Source of the DNA: Granulicella sp.
Lineage (GTDB): Bacteria > Acidobacteriota > Terriglobia > Terriglobales > Acidobacteriaceae
Reading direction: 5' to 3'
Length of the DNA: 64,000 nucleotides
Assembly (NCBI GenBank): GCA_027339965.1
Contig: DAHWNL010000082.1
Span: 15,639 to 79,638, forward strand
Notes under the pieces: generated by a model
Told to the model about the DNA's origin: nothing
Databases searched by the model: none
The model's input: the letters and a program-made list of their open reading frames with translations, nothing else
Position numbers and translations under genes: made by a program
Shown here: positions 59,320 to 64,000 of the stretch, piece by piece
Position numbering within the stretch: position 1 is the stretch's first letter
How the letters are laid out: each line of letters starts with the position of its first letter

Positions 59320-59739
59320 AACCAGGTCGACGTACTGCAGACCATAAAAGGTCCACTCGTAGTAGGTCGTCCGATTACGCGTTCCGTTGGAGCACTGCGC
59401 GGTGGAGTGCGTCTCCTGGTAGGTGATCTCCGCATTCCCTGCCGGCGAGAGCCCCGACCATCCCCAGCCGCTCACCGGTTGCCATGTGGTCGAACTGCCC
59501 GAGGTTACCGGGTACCAGATGGAGGAGTTATATGTCAGACTGTAGGTCAGCGGGATTCCGCGCCCGGCCTTGTTAAGGATGGGAACGCTCCATAGCACGC
59601 TGAGATTGCCGAGGTTCACGACGTCCGGCCCCGTCGTGCTATACGTACCGAAGGGATACTGCCCCACCTCAACCTGGGCGTTCAGGGCGCCAGCCAATGA
59701 GAGCAACGCAATACTCGCGAAGAGACGAAATCGCAGCAT
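59320..59739 (-). pseudogene. N-terminal fragment of RHS/YD-type secreted protein
   Basis: Signal peptide, DVVNLGNL..PILNKAGRG...YNSSIW; breaks off after ~140 aa. Confidence 0.6.
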
Positions 59740-59756
59740 GGAATACCTCTCATGCG

Positions 59757-60551
59757 TTACTCGGTTGAAGAAGCCGGGAGAACGACGCCCGCGTTGATCG
59801 CGACGCTTTGGACTTGAAGGTCCAGGGTCACAGAGTTGCTACGAAGTTGCTCAATCTGAGTGGGTACTTCGACGCCGTTCATCGCGAGATATGCCGAGAA
59901 CAAGACTTCCACCGGTATGTCCACGGTGAGCGTGCCATCTGGGTGGTCTCTGTAGGTCAGCCCGACGGGCAGCAGCGTTCCCGGGTCGAGATAAAGCTCT
60001 GTCTGGCTCAGCGCTTCGATCAATCCCGGGGCGGATGCTGCACCGGGAGGGACGGCGACGAGACGAAGATGATGAACTGCTGCTCCGTTGAAGGTCCCCG
60101 CGCCAACGTAAGAGGCCACGACATTGTTCTCGCCGCTGAGTGCATCCTGCACAATCATGACCGGAAAGAACCAGAACGGCTCCGTCGTCATGTTGTGGTA
60201 GGCGATGGCATGGCTGGCTCCTTGGGGGTCAACCCACGTTCCCGCGCGGGCGCCGCCGGCCAACCAGATGCGACTCTCCGTAAGTGGCCCCGAGGATGTC
60301 CGGTAAGACAGGTTCGTGGACCCGCTCCTGGTCGCTTCAAACGTAGCGGAGTCCGTCTCATCGCTGGACCCGGCCACTCGGTGTGCCTGCAATAGAATGC
60401 TAACGTCCTCGACGGATCCCCCGCCAAGAGCTTTCAGTGAACCTTGCGAGAGGCTCGTCGATTGCGTGTCACTCTGGGGACATCCCGGCCCGGTGCCCAG
60501 AACAACGGTAAGCGAAACGATGAAAGCCAGATAGATTACCGTTCTTCGCGT
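59757..60551 (-). CDS. Secreted hypothetical protein; apparent ACG start
   Basis: GGAGG RBS then ACG-RRTVIYLAFIVSLTVVLG in frame with ORF 59757..60392. Confidence 0.55.
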   Translation of the reverse strand, partial: TRRTVIYLAFIVSLTVVLGTGPGCPQSDTQSTSLSQGSLKALGGGSVEDVSILLQAHRVAGSSDETDSATFEATRSGSTNLSYRTSSGPLTESRIWLAGGARAGTWVDPQGASHAIAYHNMTTEPFWFFPVMIVQDALSGENNVVASYVGAGTFNGAAVHHLRLVAVPPGAASAPGLIEALSQTELYLDPGTLLPVGLTYRDHPDGTLTVDIPVEVLFSAYLAMNGVEVPTQIEQLRSNSVTLDLQVQSVAINAGVVLPASSTE

Positions 60552-60773
60552 TGCTCCTCCTCGCTAACCAAAAACAAACGCACTCTCACCTCCGCCCTTG
60601 GCGGCACGCAGGCGACCGATCGAAGTTCAGATGGTGGGGAGAAAAATGAGACAACGCTCAAGCGAGGCAGGCTCAACGTAAGACGGATCAAAGGAACCGC
60701 GGTGCTCTGTGATGCGATAGGGTATTTCAGATGCGGATATCGGAGACCTGCGCTCCAGTCAAGGGTAATCTCC

Positions 60774-61842
60774 ACAGGGCTTTCCCCAGAATTCCTCAGG
60801 CTGGCCAAACGAGGGCCAGTTCCAGTTGGGCATTCGGGGGTGATTCTTGTGGCGGCCGGAAGGCGCTTCCGGAGAGCAGGCGTCGAATTCCGTCTGCGAG
60901 AGCATAAAAGCGGAAGGGCGGAATGCCGAAGATGCGCTGCGAGATGACGAGCAGTTTCTCGGCAAGGATGCGCAGCTTCATTTGCTGTCCCAGATAGGTG
61001 GCGGCGAAGTAGGCTGCGGCGGTAACCAGCACAACGAAGTTCTTCAATCGCTGCTACTTCATCGCCCGGAGATCTTCGAGATTGTAACTCTGTTTGACGA
61101 AGCGGAAAGTTTCCTCCATTTTCCACCTCGTCCAGTAGATTCGTGCCGCCCACCAAAGAGTTTCCGAGTCCCGCGCACGCAGTTTCAGGTTGGTGACCAG
61201 CAGGATCGGCTGCTCGCCGAAGCCCGCCAGCACGACCAGCCAGAGCGGCTCGTCGCGGCCTGCAAGACGGAAGGGCTCGGCGCCGTAATGCAGTTGGTCA
61301 ATCTTCTCCTGTCCCTTGTCGATCCTGACCGCGCGCCTGATGGCGTAGCCGACAGCCTGCGGCGACCTCAGCCACGCTGCGCAGCCGGCCGCGCCGGTTG
61401 CGGACCATACGGTCTTCGACCGCGCGGATGACAAAGCGCAGACCCTTGTCCAGCAAGGGCTCCAGCAGCTTCTTGCGATCACAGCCACGATCCATCGTCC
61501 AGATGCCGCGGCCGTTCAGATGCCGGTTCGCCGTATCAACGACAGAGAGACTCTCCGCGTTCTCGCTGCGGAACTCTCCGGCCTTGGTCGAGAACAGCTT
61601 CTGGCACACAGGCACGATCTCGCTGCCATGAACCTCAGCCCCGGTCACATCCACCAGCCAATAGCCAGGTAGCCGTAACCAGGATGCGTCTGGCCCGAAC
61701 TGCCATCCCAGACCGTCGCCAGATGTTCCATTTTCCGGACATACTCTTTGCGGATGTCGCTCAGGTCCAGCGCCGGCACCGTGTCTTGCTGAATGCGTGT
61801 GCTGGCCATTTCAATGAGCTTGGTAGTAAGTTCTGCCTCGAA
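60774..61842 (-). pseudogene. IS4-like DDE transposase, frameshifted, 5' part lost
   Basis: ALDLSDIRKEY, MDRGCDR, YWTRWKMEETFRFVKQ spread over several frames. Confidence 0.8.
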
Positions 61843-62989
61843 GGAACCCCTGCTCAAGCTAGTTTTTTTACCTGTGATGTTTTCTGAGGCTGGCTTAGCG
61901 ATGTTTGGGGTGGATATTGGCTCTTGGTAGGCTCTGGGGGCCGTATCTCCGGCCTCCGGACACACTACTGCTCGAGCACTTCCAGGCGATTGCGGTGGAG
62001 GTAGAGGTTAGCGAACGCGAAGTTCGCGCACAGTCTGTGATGGTTCTTGGCCAGACCGCGATATTTCACCTTGTCGAAGCCGAAGACGCGCTTGACGATG
62101 CGGAACACGTGCTCCACCTTCGCCCGGACGCTGGACTTACTCCGGTTCTTCTTCTGTAACTCATCCACGTAGTGCTTGAACTTCGTCCTGCGGCAGGTCA
62201 TATCCTGCGCCTTCGGGGCAGCCTCTTTGATCGCTTCAGTCTGGCCCTGGTAGCCTCCGTCGCCCCACACCTTGCGCTCCTCGCCGTGCAGCAGATCGGG
62301 TGGCACGGTCGAGTCCGCCACGTTGGCCGAGGTGGTCGCCAGCGTGTGCACCGTGCCCGTCTTCGCGTCCACGCCCACGTGGGCCTTCAGACCGAAGTAC
62401 CACTGATTGCCCTTCTTCGTCTGCTTCATCTCAGGATCGCGTTCGCCCGCGGTGTTCTTGGTCGAAGACGGTGCATGGAGGATCGTCGCATCCACGATCG
62501 TGCCCGTCTGGATCTTGATGCCCTTCGCCTCCAGATGCACGTTCACCGCATCCAGCATCATGCCGCATAGGTCATGCTCTTCGAGCATATGTCGGAAGCG
62601 CAGCACCGTCGTCTCGTCCGGAGCCGGTGCCATACCCAGGTCAACCCCAATGAAGCGGCGGATGGTCGGAGACTCGTACAGCAACTCCTCTGCCCCCGGG
62701 TCCGACAGGTTGAACCACTGCTGCGCGAAGTACGTCCGCAGCATGATCGAGAGACCCACCGGCAGACGGCCGCGGCCAGCCTTCGCATAGTGCGGACGAA
62801 CCAGTGCTTCCAGCGCAGACCACGGAACAATGCGCTCCATCTCATCAAGAAACAACTCGCGCCGACTCGTCCGGCCGTACTTCTCAAACGCAGACTGACT
62901 CGCCAAGCTCTGCTGCTTCATCGCCCCTCACCTCAAAGCTGTGAGATTAATCAATCACAGCAAGGTCGCAGAACTTGTGCAGAGGTTCC
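61843..62989 (-). mobile_element. IS5-family insertion sequence
   Basis: Terminal IRs GGAACCCCTGCTCAAGC / GGAACCTCTGCACAAGT (14/17 identical). Confidence 0.9.
61965..62921 (-). CDS. IS5-family transposase
   Basis: PDETTVLRFR, IVDATI, WYFGLKAH, GDGGY, RAKVEHVF. Confidence 0.95.
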   Translation of the reverse strand: MKQQSLASQSAFEKYGRTSRRELFLDEMERIVPWSALEALVRPHYAKAGRGRLPVGLSIMLRTYFAQQWFNLSDPGAEELLYESPTIRRFIGVDLGMAPAPDETTVLRFRHMLEEHDLCGMMLDAVNVHLEAKGIKIQTGTIVDATILHAPSSTKNTAGERDPEMKQTKKGNQWYFGLKAHVGVDAKTGTVHTLATTSANVADSTVPPDLLHGEERKVWGDGGYQGQTEAIKEAAPKAQDMTCRRTKFKHYVDELQKKNRSKSSVRAKVEHVFRIVKRVFGFDKVKYRGLAKNHHRLCANFAFANLYLHRNRLEVLEQ

Positions 62990-63018
62990 CCATGCGAGAC
63001 TTCGCCGGTTCAGCGCGA

Positions 63019-63633
63019 TTATGGCTGCAGCGTGAAGTGGCAGTACAGAAATTGCTGCGCTGCGCCGGAGGGCGTCTGGTGCAATTCCTTCTGGGTTGTC
63101 AGCAGACGGAAGCGCTCACCCAACTCGGCATGAAGCGACGCTGCGTCGTAACGAACCGCATCCAGCCCGCTGCATCGGGTTGGACCGTCGGGCCCAAAGG
63201 TGCTCACCACAAGATGGCCGCCGGGTTTCAGCGCTGAAGCCACCTTGCCGGCGTACGCGAGCCTCTGCTGTGGCGTCGTCAGAAAGTGAAAGACCGCACG
63301 GTCATGCCACACATCGAAGCAGCCTGCCGGAAGGTTGGCCTGGGTCACATCGGAGGGGATCCATTGCACGGCTTGCGCTGCCTCGCCAAGGCGCTTTTGC
63401 GCCAGGTGGAGAGCAGTCCGACTGATATCGAGCACCGCGACGTTCCGGTATCCGCGTTCGATCAGGTCATCCACCAGCGTTGAAGCGCCGCCGCCAACAT
63501 CAAGGATGCTTGCGGACCGGTCTCCGCCGGTGGCGCGTTCCAGGAACGCGAGAGAGGTTTCCAGATGCGGCCGGAACCAGCTCACCTGATTCGGCGCCTT
63601 GGTGCTGTAGACTCCCTCCCAATGTTGCTCCAT
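63019..63633 (-). CDS. Class I SAM-dependent methyltransferase
   Basis: [25 protein letters not shown]. Confidence 0.9.
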   Translation of the reverse strand: MEQHWEGVYSTKAPNQVSWFRPHLETSLAFLERATGGDRSASILDVGGGASTLVDDLIERGYRNVAVLDISRTALHLAQKRLGEAAQAVQWIPSDVTQANLPAGCFDVWHDRAVFHFLTTPQQRLAYAGKVASALKPGGHLVVSTFGPDGPTRCSGLDAVRYDAASLHAELGERFRLLTTQKELHQTPSGAAQQFLYCHFTLQP

Positions 63634-63684
63634 GCCGCAGATCGTATCCAACCGCTGCGCGATGGTCAAACGGCATCCTGCGAG

Positions 63685-63719
63685 CCCACATCTCCATGAG
63701 CGCGAGGTGTGGGGCACCC
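63685..63719 (+). repeat. REP-like hairpin (copy 4)
   Basis: CCCACATCTC..GAGGTGTGGGGCACCC. Confidence 0.75.
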
Positions 63720-63870
63720 ACACCGGTCTCCGGGATGGCCCCGAGAGGATCTCAAGGAAGGGTGATGTTGCCCCCGGGGCATCGTGGCCGGCCACAGCAA
63801 ACGAAGAGGGCGAACCGCGCTCGGGTTCGACCTCTGGGCTCTGCACTTTCCGAATGTTGCGGCGCAGGCG

Positions 63871-64000
63871 CTACTTGATGATCTCGGAGATGGTTCCGGC
63901 GCCGACCGTGCGTCCACCCTCGCGGATGGCGAAGCGCAGTCCCTTTTCCATGGCCACCGGGGTGTGCAGCGTCACCTCCAGCGTCACGTTGTCGCCCGGC
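63871..64000 (-). CDS. tuf: Elongation factor Tu, 3' end
   Basis: [42 protein letters not shown]. Confidence 0.96.
   Translation of the reverse strand, partial: PGDNVTLEVTLHTPVAMEKGLRFAIREGGRTVGAGTISEIIK

Overview
GC-rich bacterial chromosome segment, probably Acidobacteriota. This is an inference from the Oar-like TonB receptor, GGGCACCC-tailed REP hairpins and an EF-Tu C-terminus ending TISEIIK. 1-22.3 kb: right part of a podovirus-like prophage, every gene on the minus strand. It includes an XRE/S24 repressor, an HTH replication initiator with 21-bp iterons, a candidate late promoter with a long structured leader, an orphan prohead-protease-like gene, terminase, portal, scaffold, major capsid, a phage GroES and tail-connector genes. 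It also carries a three-gene moron (unknown beta-protein + degenerate MNT-like + HEPN gene broken by an in-frame TAA). No integrase, cro or Q gene is visible. 22.4-30 kb: an alphaproteobacterial-type BioR + bioBFDAZ biotin cluster with BIOR-box-like sites, plus a serine hydrolase, bracketed by near-identical inverted REPs. 30-58 kb: host genes (rlmB, tspO, TonB receptor/GH43/GH116 locus, sucCD, trpD, tdk, SodC-like, ECF sigma/anti-sigma/Lia-like operon). 58.4-63 kb: IS graveyard (ISL3, IS4-like, IS5, RHS remnant), then a methyltransferase and the 3' end of tuf. All family calls come from motif recognition by eye; no searches were run.
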